Shown here: piece by piece, positions 13,280-28,330 of the stretch
How positions within the stretch are numbered: position 1 is the first letter of the stretch
Layout: every line of letters begins with the position of its first letter
Notes under the pieces: model-generated
What the model saw: the letters and a program-made list of their open reading frames with translations, nothing else
What the model was told of the DNA's origin: nothing
The model's database searches: none
Source: Octopus vulgaris
Lineage: Eukaryota
Direction: 5' to 3'
NCBI GenBank assembly: GCA_951406725.2
Contig: OX597835.1
Location: 8,866,001-8,930,000 of the forward strand
Length of the DNA stretch: 64,000 bases
Translations under genes and position numbers: made by a program

Positions 13280-13600
13280 AGTGATAACAGCATGTTCTGT
13301 AAGATTGACTCTGGAATTAACTGTAGAATTAGAATACAACATAAAGTGCATAGCGGTTGCTTGTAAAGATAAGAACATAATATACATAGTTAAGACATCT
13401 CGTACCTTTGCGGAGAGACTAAATGACAATCTGACGCAATATGACAACAACAAAAATTCTCCATACTCTACAAACGTGTCAAAGACCAACATGAAGGCAC
13501 ACTGCGTCAGCTTGACATCAGCATTTTATCAGAGCACGCCAAGGACCCAACACTCAGACAAGTACAAGAGTACGTCATCATTAATGAAACATCCCCAGTA
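13280..13600 (+). mobile_element. Penelope-like GIY-YIG endonuclease remnant
   Basis: ORF 13281-13604: [32 protein letters not shown] resembles Y.I.C..C....YIG.T.R.L..R..EH. Confidence 0.55.
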
Positions 13601-13749
13601 CTAAATATGAAATATATATACAAGATGTCATACTCCAATGCACACAATTTATATAGACACAGACAGTGTTATTCGTAAGACGTTATGTAGGCGTGTGTGT
13701 GTCTATACGCGCGCGAACGTGTGTGTGTGTGTATGTGTATGGGCATATG

Positions 13750-13782
<33 letters not shown>

Positions 13783-14101
13783 ATGTGTGTTTGTGTGGGT
13801 AGCGCGTATGGACAAGTAGATATAGAGATAGATAGCTCACATAGGTAATATAGACAGACGACCACAGGCACACATACATACAAATGAAGAGTGAAGCATA
13901 TGATCATATAGACACACGCACCCTTCACACAACGACACATATAGAGACACACATCCATACATAACAGACGCATATGTACAGTCACAGAAACCCATACGCA
14001 GACACACAAACGCACAAACACGAACACACAAGCACACGGATATGCAGAACATTTGGAAGTGGGTCAGAATATATATATGTATACATACATACACACACAC
14101 A

Positions 14102-14151
<50 letters not shown>

Positions 14152-14367
14152 GTGAGAGAAGGTCTAAAGAGGAGCAATTAATTTCAAGATATATCAAACA
14201 AAGTTACAGGGAACTCAAAATGTACAGGTAACAAATCCTAAAAAGTCCAGTGGTGTTTGGTAATCAGCAATATCCAAAGTTGAAGACAACTCGAACGCGT
14301 TGTAAAATATCATTAAAAATAAACGAACGGATTATATGTGATCATTGCAACCTTTACTTTAAGGGAA

Positions 14368-14616
14368 TTCATTGCATTGTAGCATAGTATCGGGAGGTAT
14401 TAATGAAGCGAAACGTGTATAAAATAATGCAAAACACTACAGAGGAATTTTCAAATTTTCAGCACTTCATTACATAAGATTCTATACTGTCGTACAAGTG
14501 GGCTGCGCTGTGTAGCATCAGGTCAACATTGTGGAGGTTCGTTGTTGTGTCTGGTGGTATCTTATAGCAGTTGCTCTTCATACACACCTGCCTCTACGAT
14601 GCTACAATGCGATGAA
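14368..14616. mobile_element. Old MITE-like inverted-repeat element
   Basis: TTCATTGCATTGTAGCATAGTA... (14368) is the inverted counterpart of ...TACGATGCTACAATGCGATGAA (14616); about 47-bp imperfect arms. Confidence 0.6.
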
Positions 14617-15101
14617 ATATGCTAATGGCAGTATTTTGGAATGAATTACGTCATGGTGGAGTTTTTCTCACTGACTCTACTGTACGTGTGTGTTTGTTCT
14701 TTGGTATGTATGTATTAATTTCACCCTATATTGTTACTGATAACCATATTTCATCCCAGTAAATGACCACAGCATCTTGTCTTGGCTACACGCGGGTGGG
14801 AAGGGGCTGGTGACACAAACTTTCATTCACACTTTGAATTTGGTGGTACTGGTAATGGCTTTAGCTCGCTCTAATACTGAGTTGAGATGATCCCTTCTAG
14901 TATCTCAAAATTTAATATACAATTATTCATAATTGTAGTGTCCTACGCTGATGAGAAAAGAAGTTGGGTAAGGTAGAATTATCTAATTCTTATGCTTTCC
15001 TAAAATTTGATTCGAAACGTACGTCCGTAGGTGTCTTAAAATTGTATGATATATTGCCGTCATTTCATTCTCTCTTACCTGTCTGTGTTTGCCTTTCAAG
15101 T

Positions 15102-15155
<54 letters not shown>

Positions 15156-15251
15156 AGTAGATAAATGAATTATCTTATTACGGATAATTCGAAAGATAAC
15201 CGATACCTGGGTAGCAAACTCACAACAGAAAGAACACGGTTGAAGTTACGA

Positions 15252-15293
<42 letters not shown>

Positions 15294-15366
15294 GTATATA
15301 TATATATACATATATATATATACATATACATATATAAATATATACATATATATACATATACATATG

Positions 15367-15578
15367 TGATCACGTGACCGACCAGACCATCAGATGTTGC
15401 TACACATCGCTGGTCACAATGCGTTCGCATTGTTTTAGCCTTCGAATGACGCCACCCCGTTGGCTAAGCGAGCAGGCCAACAGAAGAAAGAGTGAGAGAA
15501 AGAGTGACACTCACAACATCCGGTCTGGGAATCGAAACCGCGATCCTACGACCTAACCACTAGGCCATTGCACCTCCA
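15367..15578 (-). mobile_element. SINE family A head with tail type 2, internally deleted
   Basis: Same head as 2811; tail identical in type to 30639 and 61233, ending GGTCACGTGATC; embedded in TA/CA-rich repeats. Confidence 0.9.
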
Positions 15579-15681
15579 CACATATACATATACATATACA
15601 TATATATACATATACTTATATATACATATATATACATATATATATATACGTATATATACATATATATATATATATATACAT

Positions 15682-15742
<61 letters not shown>

Positions 15743-16822
15743 GCATGTATGTATGTATGTATGTATGCATGTATGTATGTATGTATGTATACGCAGAGAC
15801 AATCATAACAATGTGGGTGTATGTTTTCGTTATGTACACAACTGATATAAATACATTTCGAGATATGCTTAGATGTAGATAAATATATCACACACAATTC
15901 AATTTGATACTTCTTAACGATATTTGCAAACATCAATATAACCGCCACGACCATCACCACTCCAACCATTTCTGTCACGCTCCTCCAGCTCTCTTGCCTC
16001 CGCAACATAGCCATCATGATGATCATCATCAAACAGCTTCTACACCAACTTCACCCTCCCACCCTACAACCTACCCGTACGCCGCTAAAGATTTATGTCT
16101 TACTTGATATTATCTCTTGCTTTATGAATCATTTCAATTTCTGTCTATTTCCATTGCTGATTGTTTTAGGAAATCTATTTTCGATTTAATTTTTGCTTCT
16201 TTGTTTTCTTTCTGTTGTTTTAATGGTTTTATTCTAATTTTCTTCCAAATTCGTTTTCCGATTCATTATTTATATTTTGTACGATTCAACCAAACAGTTT
16301 TGCAGGCGTCTGATCGTTATTTTATTTAATGATTTTAATACAAATATAGTCAGTCATTCAGCTTTAAAACTCGTCTAATTTTAAAGAGAATAACATTATC
16401 TCTATTCATATAAAGTACAAAGACACACACAGATACTCGTTTAACGGTACTGGTGTAAAAGACATAAGTATACATCCGTTCACTTAAATCATAGTTATAT
16501 AAAATATAAGTTTATGCAACGCTTGTGTAGAGGCACTGGAGACAATAGTTCAGCCGGGTAAAATATATGCAATTGATCGCATCATTATAGACACTGTGAA
16601 TCGGGTCTATGCTTTAACTCATAAGATAGAATACTTTGCAATATTCGCTCCGGTTCTTGTCATTCCGAAATCAAATTTCGCCGAGATCATCTTCAATGTT
16701 TTTCCTTTACAATGTTAACACCCAAATACCTATTCCTCGCGTTCTTCCTTCTTGTTTTCCATTTAATATTTCCGTTCCAAAGACAACGGCTCTGGTTGAA
16801 CTTACATTGTAACACTTGCCAT

Positions 16823-17057
16823 GAAGGCGGCGAGCTGGCAGAATCGTTAACACGCCGGGCGAAATGCGGGGCCATATTTCGTCTGCCGTTACGTTCAGAG
16901 TTCAAATTCCGTCGAGGTGGACTTTGCCTTTCATCCTTTCGGGGTCGATAAATTAAGTACCATTTATACACTGGGGTCGATGTAATCGACTTAATACCTA
17001 TGTCTGTCTTTGTTTGTTCTCTCTATGTCTAGCCCCTTGTGGGTAGTAAAGAAATAG
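16823..17057 (+). mobile_element. SINE family D, full length
   Basis: Head GGCGAGCTGGCAGAA...GAGTTCAAATTCC (B-box-like); perfect 14-bp TSD GTAACACTTGCCAT (16809-16822 / 17058-17071). Confidence 0.9.
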
Positions 17058-17589
17058 GTAACACTTGCCATCATGATTCAGTATGTCATTGATATAACTA
17101 TGTGTTGACATGGTACACAAGGACACCACGAAGAATTAACGGTACGAAGCAAGTTATAGCTGAGGTTGTTTGTTATGCGTGTTATGTACTACTATGTTTC
17201 CATACTTATTTATTTCATATGATTATTTCTTGGAGAATATATAACGATGAATGTGAAATTTACATCGGGAAATATAAAGTAAAATGCGGATAGACAGACA
17301 GATTGTCACACATGTATTTTATCGCACACATACACGCGTAGCTACGAATTTAAAACCAGCCCTTTTGATACGGACGATTCATATTCATGAATTTACGTAA
17401 AGTAAAACCAAAAGTGTAGGGCTGGGAAAGGGGTTTCATACGCTCCTTTACGCCCGCTCCTGACTATTTACACACGTCAAATAGTTTTTTTAAATACATG
17501 TTAAAAGTTATCACGACATACTCGAAGGTGAGTGAGGGCCAAGGTTCCCTGCATCTATTTTTCCACACACGCACACACAAACACGTACA

Positions 17590-17960
17590 TACACGCATGT
17601 CTGTTGGGGATTTCGTTCTGCCACTTGATGCTGCAAATTGAACTAAGGCAATGAAGATTGTCTGAGTGAAACCATTAAATATGGTGCCTCTAGAAAGTCC
17701 ATGTTTCACGGCCATATATCAGAGAAGGGTTAGGACTGCTCCTTTGTACACCTTTATATTTGTGCCAAGGCAGACACCATGATCTCTCCGCAATCTGTGT
17801 TAGGCAATAGTGATGTTATCGCTTCGTGCAGATGCGCGTTGCCAAGGAAGCTGAATGTGGGAACAGCTTGGAGAGAATATTGTCTACACTGACAACAACA
17901 ACTTCCGGTTCCAGGTGTCCAGATACTGGATAGTGAAAGGTCACCACCCTTCACAATCGG
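17590..17960 (-). mobile_element. RTE-clade LINE fossil (region after the RT domain)
   Basis: Minus strand peptides LQAVPTFSFLG and DHGVCLGTNIKVYKGAVLTLL..Y match RTE V..F.YLG and GI.L.TK.KVY.AVVL..LLYG; frameshifted. Confidence 0.7.
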
Positions 17961-18777
17961 ACTGGATGGTCAAAATAAGTATATGTCTCTTATATGTATC
18001 TACATATATATATATGTATATATGTCTAAATTTTGTATGACTCTTATTCTTTTATTCTTTCATTCTTTCTTTCTTTGTTTCAGCCTCTTCACACTAACTT
18101 CTTTCTTTCCACTCTTCTTTCTTTCACATTTTCTGGCCTTCACTCCATTCTCACCTTCCGCCGTCTTACACTTCACTGTGCCCATTTTCTTTTTTCTCGT
18201 CTCTCCCTAAATCTTCTATCCCTCTGTTTCTAGCTCCCTCTTCTCCTTCCACTTGACCGGTGTTCGGCCAAGCCTGATCTTTCTTTCTTGGTTCAACTAC
18301 CATCCGCGCCACATCTACATTCCTCCTCATGTCTGTCATATCTCTCATGTACCTGCTGTAAGGCTTCACTTTCACACATGCCAGCTTAATTTAATTCGTC
18401 CGTAGTCGAAATGCACCTGTTGTTATGTCCTGTTATTTGCATTTGTATTTGTGTATCATTTCTCCGTTTTTTTCACGTCCTTGTTTTCGTATACATTCGC
18501 TGCTTTCTTCCAAATAATCTAGTGCGCTTAGCTTAGATTTTGTTTGATGCTGGCCAAATTGGAGCAGTCTCGAGTATAATAGCCGAAACTGCAAACATAA
18601 TCTGGAATTCTACTGACGAAAGAAAACTCCGAATGACCCTTGCTTTTTCTTTTCACTTTTTGTATCAACTAACTATCTGGATGTCATGTTGTCGCCTGTT
18701 GCATTCTTGTCCCATTTTTTCTATTCTTTTTTATATACATATAACGGCGTACGTACACTTTGGTCTCTCTCTCTCTG

Positions 18778-18841
<64 letters not shown>

Positions 18842-19769
18842 TGTGTAAGGTGCTCCTGTTTTATGTATTAGTACGTACATCATTGTATATGAAAATATAT
18901 ATCTACATGTATGTATATGTATATGTGTGTGTGTTTGTGTGTGCGTGAGTGGTAAAGATCATACGACAGTTTCAGTGGGGTTCGAAGTTCAAGCTCGCAC
19001 TTTTCTCGTCAGGCTCTTTGGCTAAGGTGCGCAAACCGCAACCTCTAATTTGTGTCAAGCGTTTCCTCGCCAGGTTAAAATTTTATATATAATTTCCATT
19101 AAAAACAAATATATGTACTTATATATGTTTATATATACATGTCTCTTTCTGTTTGTCTGCTCGTCTGTGTGTCTGTATATGTGTCTTTCTTTGTTTTCCG
19201 CCCTCTGTTTCGTTCCCTCTCTCTCAATATGTATAAAACGAAATGAATAATATACTACAAATTAACCCAAGTGTTTCAGGTTTTCAATCCATCGGTGTAC
19301 TTTCAAATACAATCATCTACCAAGTTCTTCATCAGCTTTCATTCTTCCGGGGGCAATGGAATCTATACTTGCCATATGTCGGAGGTCAAACCAATCAAAT
19401 ATTCTTTTCTTGTCGAAATCTGATGCCATGTAGCAAAATGAGAAATCGATAGCACACTTTCTCTCTCCATGAATTGTCCAATTATTTATGATGATTCTCT
19501 CCTCTCATATTCAATGAATTGTAACAGCAAAGGTCTCTGATATTCTCGAAGCAGTCATCGCTAGGTAACGATATAAAATTTATGAGCACTTATTTCAAAT
19601 AGAATTTGGCAGCCTTTGCATATTACAACTATTAACTAACTTTCTTGATCGAAAAGAAAATGCGTGAAGCTTCCATCAAATATACAATTTATTTATTTGT
19701 ATTATTCACAAATATATGTTCACTCACCTACCTACATACATACACATAAACACACATAAGTATGACACC

Positions 19770-19832
<63 letters not shown>

Positions 19833-19896
19833 TATGTATGTATTATATATATATATATAAACATACACACATACACACACGCACACAAACACACAC

Positions 19897-19999
<103 letters not shown>

Positions 20000-20796
20000 T
20001 ATAGATACATGCATGCACTGATGTTCAGACAAACACGCGCAAGCACACGTTTCCACAGGTACTTCTTATGAAAATATCTATGTTTATTCGATCGTGTGTA
20101 TTGATTGCATAACTTTGAAACACGCGTACACACACTTGCACCCGCTCACACACTAACACACAAAGACACAACTATATATATGTGTGTGTGAGTGTATCTG
20201 TGTGTTCGTGTGCCTCTGTCTCTACGAATTTATATGTGTGTGCATACATATATATGTATGCATAGGCAGTGAGTGAGATTATGATAACCTAAGCAACTAC
20301 GCAGGCGTTAAGAGCTGATTTAACAGACTCGCTTATAAGCTGTCGATCGACGACCTGCTGAAAATATTATCTACATCTCCATAGAATCTCACTCTGTCAT
20401 GTAAAAAAAAAAAAGAAGGAAGTGTGAATTGAATGCTGCAATCATGCATAGATTATGCATATAAACCGTAGTGACTGTTATAGGACTTACTTTGATGTCA
20501 TATCTCTTCGCTCAGGCTGACCTTTGGCTATACTAAAACGAAAAAAAAACAACAAAGATATAAAGAAACAGTGAAACACATCAAATTTGTGGCTTTCCTT
20601 CGTAAAGCCACAAATCAATCGAGGAAATTCTATGCTATTTATGCGGCGTGCGTTCCTTTGTAAATAGCAATGTATTAGCGTTAGTGTTATAATTTTATCT
20701 GAATCAATTATCACTAACAGAAAAGATCTGTTACGTACACCATGAAATGCAGTGTTCCAGCTGTAATATGCTGAACCACTTAAAAGCTTATTACGC

Positions 20797-20828
<32 letters not shown>

Positions 20829-20970
20829 ATAAACACATACCCATACACACAGGCACACACACACGCACACATACATACTCACATATAGACAGACACAAAA
20901 CTACACTTTTATACGTCAATCTCTACAACGTCATGAATGAATATGCATGTATGAAGATATATATGTGTGG

Positions 20971-21100
<130 letters not shown>

Positions 21101-21160
21101 CCACCCACACATATATATATGTATATATATATATACATACATACATACATACATACATAC

Positions 21161-21194
<34 letters not shown>

Positions 21195-22271
21195 GTATGT
21201 GTATATTGCCATGTAACAAGCTATAAGCAATTACTATGCATTAGACACAGTCCCACTCATGTTTTATTATTATGAATATATGTCGTGTTAAGTGGATCGA
21301 TTGATTGCTACATTATGGAATGAATATAATAAACATGCCAATTGTATATTGATTAACAATAAATTATAGGTAAAGCTACGTATTTCATTTCCTTGCACAC
21401 GCCATGACACACTGAAGGCAACTAAACTATCCTCTGTTCGTTAAAGCGCGTAAAAGCACAGCGACGTGCATGTGTATTGTATTAAACAACACATTCATTG
21501 ATGAACCAAAAAGGGAAGGACTATTTTCTTGTTCAAAATGCTATTAATCTCTCTCAAATCAATTTTATACCTTCTTAAATAAGGAAACAGAAAATATCAT
21601 TGCATAATGGAGTCCAAATACTTTACAAAATGCAATGGAATAGGGCTGGATATCTCGGCTGGAATTCTGTTGGTTAAAACCTTTGCTGCAATACATTATG
21701 CAAATGGTGCTGCTGTTTAACTAAATAACTCTATCGAATACTTAACTGGAATTATTTATGAAGAGGTTTTAAGTTTGTCTCTCTGGAGAGAGATCATGGC
21801 AAATAACCATAAGAACAATAACGTATTTTATTGAATTGCTTTTTAGAAATATACGACATTGTATTCTAATTCAGCGGAAATTATTTGTTTATTTTGGATA
21901 TTGCATGATTTATATGACACCGAACTGTATTCTTCCCTCACAAACGTCAAGACATATAATCATCAAATATATGCGTGTAAATTTGGCGGCTGAGTGAATG
22001 ACGGTGCGTGTGTGTGTCTGTGTGTGTTTGGTGGAGTCATTAGAAATTAATTTATACACAAAACAACATTCTAAAACGATTTGTGTTATTTTTTTTTTTC
22101 TGACTAATCTTTTGTTTATCCGATGTATTTAGTTATCAACTACGATGTTATTACAGTTGTTATTCTAAACTTTAGTTATGTATTTTATAGATAACTAAAT
22201 CAAAATTTTAGTATAATAGAATTTTTCGTTTGGTAGTTATCCTTTCTATATTCCTAGCTTGCTCATCTCAT

Positions 22272-22612
22272 AGGCACATGGCTCATGGCTCAGCGGTTAG
22301 AGCGTCGAGCTTACGATCGTGAGGTTGTGAGTTCGATTCTCGGATCGGGCTGCGTGTTGTGTTCTTGAACAAAACACTTTATTTCATGTTGCTCCAGTTC
22401 ACTCAGCTGTAGAAATGAGTTTCGTCGTCACTGGTGCCAAGCTGTATCGGCCCCTTTGCCTTTCTCTTGGATAACATCAGTGGCGTGGAGAGAGGAGGCT
22501 GGTATGCATGGGCAACTGCTGGTCTTCTATAAAACAATCTTGCCCGGACATGTGCCTCGGAGGGTAACTTTCTAGGTGCAATCCCATGGTCATGCATGAC
22601 CGAAGGGGGTCT
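22272..22612 (+). mobile_element. tRNA-headed SINE, family E, near full length
   Basis: A box TGGCTCAGCGG, B box GAGTTCGATTC; homologous copies at 10187 and 51890. Confidence 0.88.
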
Positions 22613-22766
22613 CCTCCTCATCCCATATTATCTCTCAGCTGTGTTCACGCCTACGATGTCCTTGCTCCACCCAAAATTCAATTCTTCCTTTATCCTCCAC
22701 ATCGCGTTAGATTCTCTTTAATCTATTTACTCTTAATGCATAACTATTTTGGTATCATGTCACATT

Positions 22767-23131
22767 CATGATCTTGCAGGTGGGGTCCAGTTAGAATTTT
22801 ATTCAGTTTGAGCAGCCCATCTCACCCAAAAGGTCACTGAATAAGGGTTATTTAAGGATGTTGAACAAAACACGTTTCCAGATGTGAATTTTTCAAACCT
22901 TAAATAATTCCTCTCAATATATGGCTATGATGCTTTCGCACTATTTCTGCTTTTGGATAGAAATGCACATATCGTCAGCCACTAAGGAACATGCTCAACT
23001 GGTTGAGGTCAAACAACTAACAATCAAATCTATGGTACTGAGAAGAATATTTGCTATAGCCCATCATTTATACCAAGACAAAACACTATATGATAACACT
23101 TTCAAATAGTTAACATCAGTAGCCATGAGAG
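22767..23131 (-). mobile_element. Truncated copy of the non-coding element at 54686-55243
   Basis: Colinear with ~54845-55215 (CTTGCAGGTGG...CTGAATAAGGGTT...ATGCACATATCGTCAGCCACTAAGG...AGCCATGAGAG); abuts (CAT)n. Confidence 0.88.
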
Positions 23132-23134
23132 TCT

Positions 23135-23180
<46 letters not shown>

Positions 23181-23194
23181 CCATCACCACCACT

Positions 23195-23245
<51 letters not shown>

Positions 23246-23406
23246 GTCATCATCATCGTCATCATCATCATCATCACAATCACTATCATCATCATCATCA
23301 TCATCATCCATCATCATCACCATCACCATCAACACGATCATCATCACCATCACCATCACCATCACCGTCACCATCATCATCACCACCATCATCACCACCA
23401 TCACCA
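23135..23406. repeat. (CAT)n/(CAC)n repeat
   Basis: Direct reading. Confidence 0.95.
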
Positions 23407-24393
23407 TTGTCTTTATTGTAGTCGCTATAGTGCTTTTGAGTTCGCTGTCTATCATTGAAATGCCTCTCACTGCAACTGGCTCAGCCTAAATGGATTGAAC
23501 GAAAATAATTCTTTGCATATTACTTCTGGAACGTTTGCAAGTATAACATTTTGCCTTTGGGCGAAAAGAAAATAGTACTTTACGAAGCAAAGTTGAAGTT
23601 TTGTAGCTATATACATTTCCGTCAAATACATTTCAATATGCTTGCTTTTAATAAGGAGCTGATAAAATATGTTTGCTCCACTGATGCTAGCAAAACTATA
23701 AATAGAAACACCACTCAGATACAAGACATAGATATTGAAAGATTTATAAACACAGAAATCAAGCAATAATCTACAGCAAGCAAGCAATAGATATCCTCAA
23801 GCCTAGACTCGATTAAATAAAAAATTGCAAAATACAACAATAACAGGATTTTTTATAACGGTGCCAGTCTAAAAAAAATATTGAACACAAAGAAATTTGA
23901 AGGAGAAAGAAGACACAGAAGATATACTACGGTCATGGTGCTTTCCTACCCTGCTAATCTATACAAGAGTAAGCAATGAAAAATATATGAGTGAACCTAA
24001 AAAGAAAATCAATATTTGAAGTAGCTACATCTGTTTTGCAGAAAGACATGGTTTTCATCATGCGAATAAACTGAACTGTATTAGGGTGGCAAAACACAGA
24101 CCCAGTTATTACAGATTATGAAAGTTTCTAAAGAAATACATTATGACTTTTTTTTAATTCTCATGTGCTCAATGTTAATTTTTTCTATATTTAATTTCTT
24201 ACTTTTTTTCTTATTAATTATTAATACGTTAACTGTATAATAATGTCCTTTGCCAAATTTTGGTTTTAATATATAACTTTGTCGATTTCCTCTTTTTTTC
24301 TGAGTATTTGTTGTGTATATGCATGTATAGATTTATGTATACATGCCTGTATGTATGAATCTCTCTCTTTCACTCTATCATCTATCTATCTCC

Positions 24394-24493
<100 letters not shown>

Positions 24494-25185
24494 ATATATA
24501 TATCAAGTACGTGATTGTTTTTAAAAATAGAATGACTTATTATTGCCGTTGTTGATAATATCAAAATAGTTATCACCAGCTTCATCTCCTCTTCTTCTTC
24601 CTTACCATCATCATCATCATCATCATCATAATCATCATCATCATCATCCCCTCACAGAATTTAGCATTGACGTGTTTACATGTTGTATCTGTTGATATTG
24701 GTCCTCTACTAAAACACAGGAAGTTATAAATAATGAAGACCAACAGACATAGATAGATAGATAGAGAGACAGAGACCGAGCGAGAGGAGGAAGGAGGGAT
24801 GGAGGGAGACAATCTGCGTGTCAGATAAGCAGCAACAAAAGTAGTGAACTTGTGAAATGACTGATGCGATAAATCACCTTCGATGATCTGGAAATAGAAA
24901 AAGGCGTTCGTAAGAGAGAAACAGTTGAATGTAAATATAATTATTATGATAACATAGATAAAGGTGCAAGAACAACTGATAAGAGGAAGGGAAACAAACT
25001 AAAGTTTACGAAATTTGCTGAATATACAAAAATGCAAATCGGTGAAGAAGCGGAAATATCATTAAGTAAAACATATTAGCGCATTTTCTTTGCATGATTT
25101 TTATGTCCTGTGCTCAAATCACGCAATGGCCCCAATAATCTTGGTATTCTATTTGATATGAAATAATATTATCTTCGCTAAAAAT

Positions 25186-25465
25186 TAGTAGTAGGAGCAC
25201 TCCGTCGGTTGCGACGATGAGGGTCCCAGCTGATACGATCAACGGAACAGCTTGCTCGTGATATTAACGTGCAAGTGGCTGAGCACTCCACAGACACGTG
25301 TACCCTTAACGTAGTTCTCGAGGAGATTCAGCCTCCTACCGGAGCCTCGTGGATCTATAGGTGTTTTCGCTCAATTAACACTCACAATGCCCGGACTGGG
25401 AATCGAAACCGCGATCCTCCGACCGCGAGTCCGCTGCCCTAACCACTGGGCCATTGCGCCTCCAC
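25186..25465 (-). mobile_element. SINE family A, tail type 1, internally deleted
   Basis: Intact head; 10-bp TSD CGCTAAAAAT (25176-25185 / 25466-25475). Confidence 0.92.
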
Positions 25466-26011
25466 CGCTAAAAATGAATGTCTAAAGAACGAAGTATTTC
25501 CCATGATTGCTTTTTTTTTCTTCAGCTGTATATTTAAATAAATTTCTTATTCGAATCCACAGCCACACGTCTGGGGTGTTGTATAATTATTTACCCTACT
25601 GGATGTCACATGAAAATTACTTTATTTTATCGGACCCATAATCATTAAAGACATCTTTAACATTGTCATCTTTCGAACACCTAGAAATATTTCTGCCTCA
25701 ACGCATATTACTGATTTGTATTCACATCTTTCCACCTACATATTCATGTTTTTGTTGTTGTTGTTCAGGTCGAGGCGAAATGTAATCAATAGAGTAGATA
25801 TATAACACCATGTGAAAACATTTTTGTTTATTATTATCTTCTCTTTGGTCAGTAAATGTTATTTCCCATTCGCTTTTTCTATTTTAAAAATCAAACGAAA
25901 TGACTAGTTTTCTTGTCAAACGTTGCTTTTGTCACCTGGACAACAATGCGTTGAAACTCACCTAATTCCCATTGCATTTCACAAAAGATTCGCGGCTGAT
26001 TTACTGAAGCA

Positions 26012-26197
26012 TAGATGTCGTTATAGCAAACGTTCTGATACATAACACAGATTTGCTTAGCAGTTGCTTCACTTAACCACTTGAAAATGTCTCTTAATTA
26101 CTGTCAAGATGTGCAGCTCCCAACACAAGCAGGCGTATTTAAGGAGCATCATAGCCATGTGTTCGCAGGGATTCATTGGGGTTTGAATAGATCTCTA
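26012..26197 (+). mobile_element. Old diverged fragment of the 54686-55243 element, opposite orientation
   Basis: GGAGCATCATAGCCATGTGTTCGCAGGGATTCATTGGGGTTTGAATA matches the reverse complement of ~54972-55018; weaker similarity upstream. Confidence 0.75.
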
Positions 26198-26407
26198 ACA
26201 AAAGCAAAGTTTGAAGGTAATATTAGCCGTTCTTCATAATTTCTAAAGATAAGCAAATAGTAAATAACACTTGCTATCCAATGATAAAAATCGTTTTACA
26301 CAGTGCAATCAAACACATTCTACAACTGACCATATTGTATTTGTGGTGTTTTTATGTGGGATTTCATTAGCTAATATGTTCCTGTTTTTTTTTAAAACTG
26401 GAGTAGT

Positions 26408-28330
26408 TTGAATATTTGCTGTATTCTATTCTACACAAAATCTATAAAACGGACGAGCGAGAAAAACGAAATTATACGATGTCTAATAGATTCCATACAA
26501 TACTTGGTAAATTTCAGGCAATTTGAATCATGCTCGGTTACCATTTCAAGGAGAGGGTCTTATCTCGTAGAGGTTCCTAGGTAGACAGTGTAGCTCTAGG
26601 GTTTGCAAAACAACTAGGAGTCATATATCTTAGGCATGAGCGACATTCAAGTCTTCAGATAACGAAACAAATTCTTTTGACAAACGGTTCTTCGGGGACT
26701 GACCAATGTTCTAATACGACAATATTTGATCATGTACCCAACTCGAACTAAGTCATTAGTAAATTTATAATAAGTCATCAATCAGCATGGCACTTAATGA
26801 ACGTAATGATATAAAAATTAAATGTAATTAAACGAAATTCTTGAGTTAGAAATTCCTTCGGGACTTGTGAGTTGATAATATTCAAATTAGGTCACTACGT
26901 TTAATCGGAACTAACGAGATAAAAATGATACGTTGGTCTATTGATTTTACTAGTGGCATAAATATTAATGTCATCAAGAAAGCACGAATGATGTATAAGT
27001 ATGGAAGCTGGCAAGAGAACAATATTGCTTACAAAATGATAATAACAATCATACAACATATTTTTATGCTAATTCCTTGAACAAGGAAGCAATTACAATG
27101 CAATCATCGACGTGTCAAGATGTGTAACATGTCGATACTTAAATAGAGGTTTGATTCCGTAAGTTTGACGGTTGTACTCCTTAATATCCAGAGCGAAATA
27201 GCCATGGCTACTTTCAGTTTATACATCTTATAATAGTTGACCTTCTTATCACAGACGAACTAAATCACTGTCTGCCCACCCGGAACATATATTCTCATTC
27301 TTCGTATATTCTAGTGTAACTCATTCATTGCAATTTAATCAGCATTTCGATTTCAGTTCATTTCATTTCTTTTATGACATTTCATAATCAGTAAGTCAAA
27401 ATAATCTCACAACTAAAATAAGATGGAAAGGCATTCAGTTTGCTTATTTTGATTATAATACCGCCATTTAATTTATAGGGATAATACCATACAAAATTCT
27501 GGTGCCTTTAACTTAAGTACCATATTCATCTGAATATTTCCGGTCCACATCACACACACACACGAACGCGCACACATAGATATACATATAATGAGAGAGC
27601 GGCAGAAAAATAGTGACAGAGAGAAAGAGAGAGACAGAAAGAGAGAGAGGATAAGATTTACAGACATTGATTACTGAAAGAAATTGTTTCGTTGTCTGTT
27701 GACTTTTTTTTACTGTTATATGAGGTCAAGAACCAAACGCCTCTGTGTCATTCTTCTGCAGTATAACATTTTAAAGCCAAGGTTTTGATGGAGGTTTTTT
27801 TAAAGAATTGGAAGCAACCAAAATATTACTGGAGTAAATTTATTAGTTTGTCAGATTCATTAGCATATAATACTCAATAGCTGAAAGGCAGCAAGTTTAC
27901 GTTAATGAATAAATTCGTATGATTTTTGACGAAACGTAATATTAATGTAATTAATCAGACGATACCTGTTAAATGTGTAACAGGCGTTAATTTTTACCAC
28001 TTTCATTTAGAGTTTAAGTATTGAAACGTCATTCTTGTGGCAGAATATGCGACAGTTTTTTTTATTATTTTAACTGCAGTGAGTGAAATGTTATGAAAAC
28101 GGGATTATGTTTGGAGGTGAAGTGAAGTATTTAGTAGAACAGAAATTATATTGGCTATGAAAAGTTCGAAGGTCTTAACTGTGTGCTTCCTTGTACACTG
28201 AATCTACAAACGATTGAATATTTGCTGTATTCTATTCTACACAAAATCTATAAAACGGACGAGCGAGGAAAACGAAATTATACGATGTCTAATAGATTCC
28301 ATACAATACTTGGTAAATTTCAGGCAATTT
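26408..28330. repeat. 117-bp direct repeat pair (26408-26524 and 28214-28330)
   Basis: One mismatch seen (GAGAAAAACG vs GAGGAAAACG); offset 1806 bp. Confidence 0.92.

Noticed and set aside
19280-19460. YTDGLK RNase H-like motif on the minus strand
   Set aside because: Single short motif without supporting context.
26408-28330. LTR retrotransposon or CRISPR-like interpretation of the direct repeats
   Set aside because: Only two copies, no TG..CA ends, PBS/PPT or gag/pol remnant; the DNA is eukaryotic with no repeat-spacer array.
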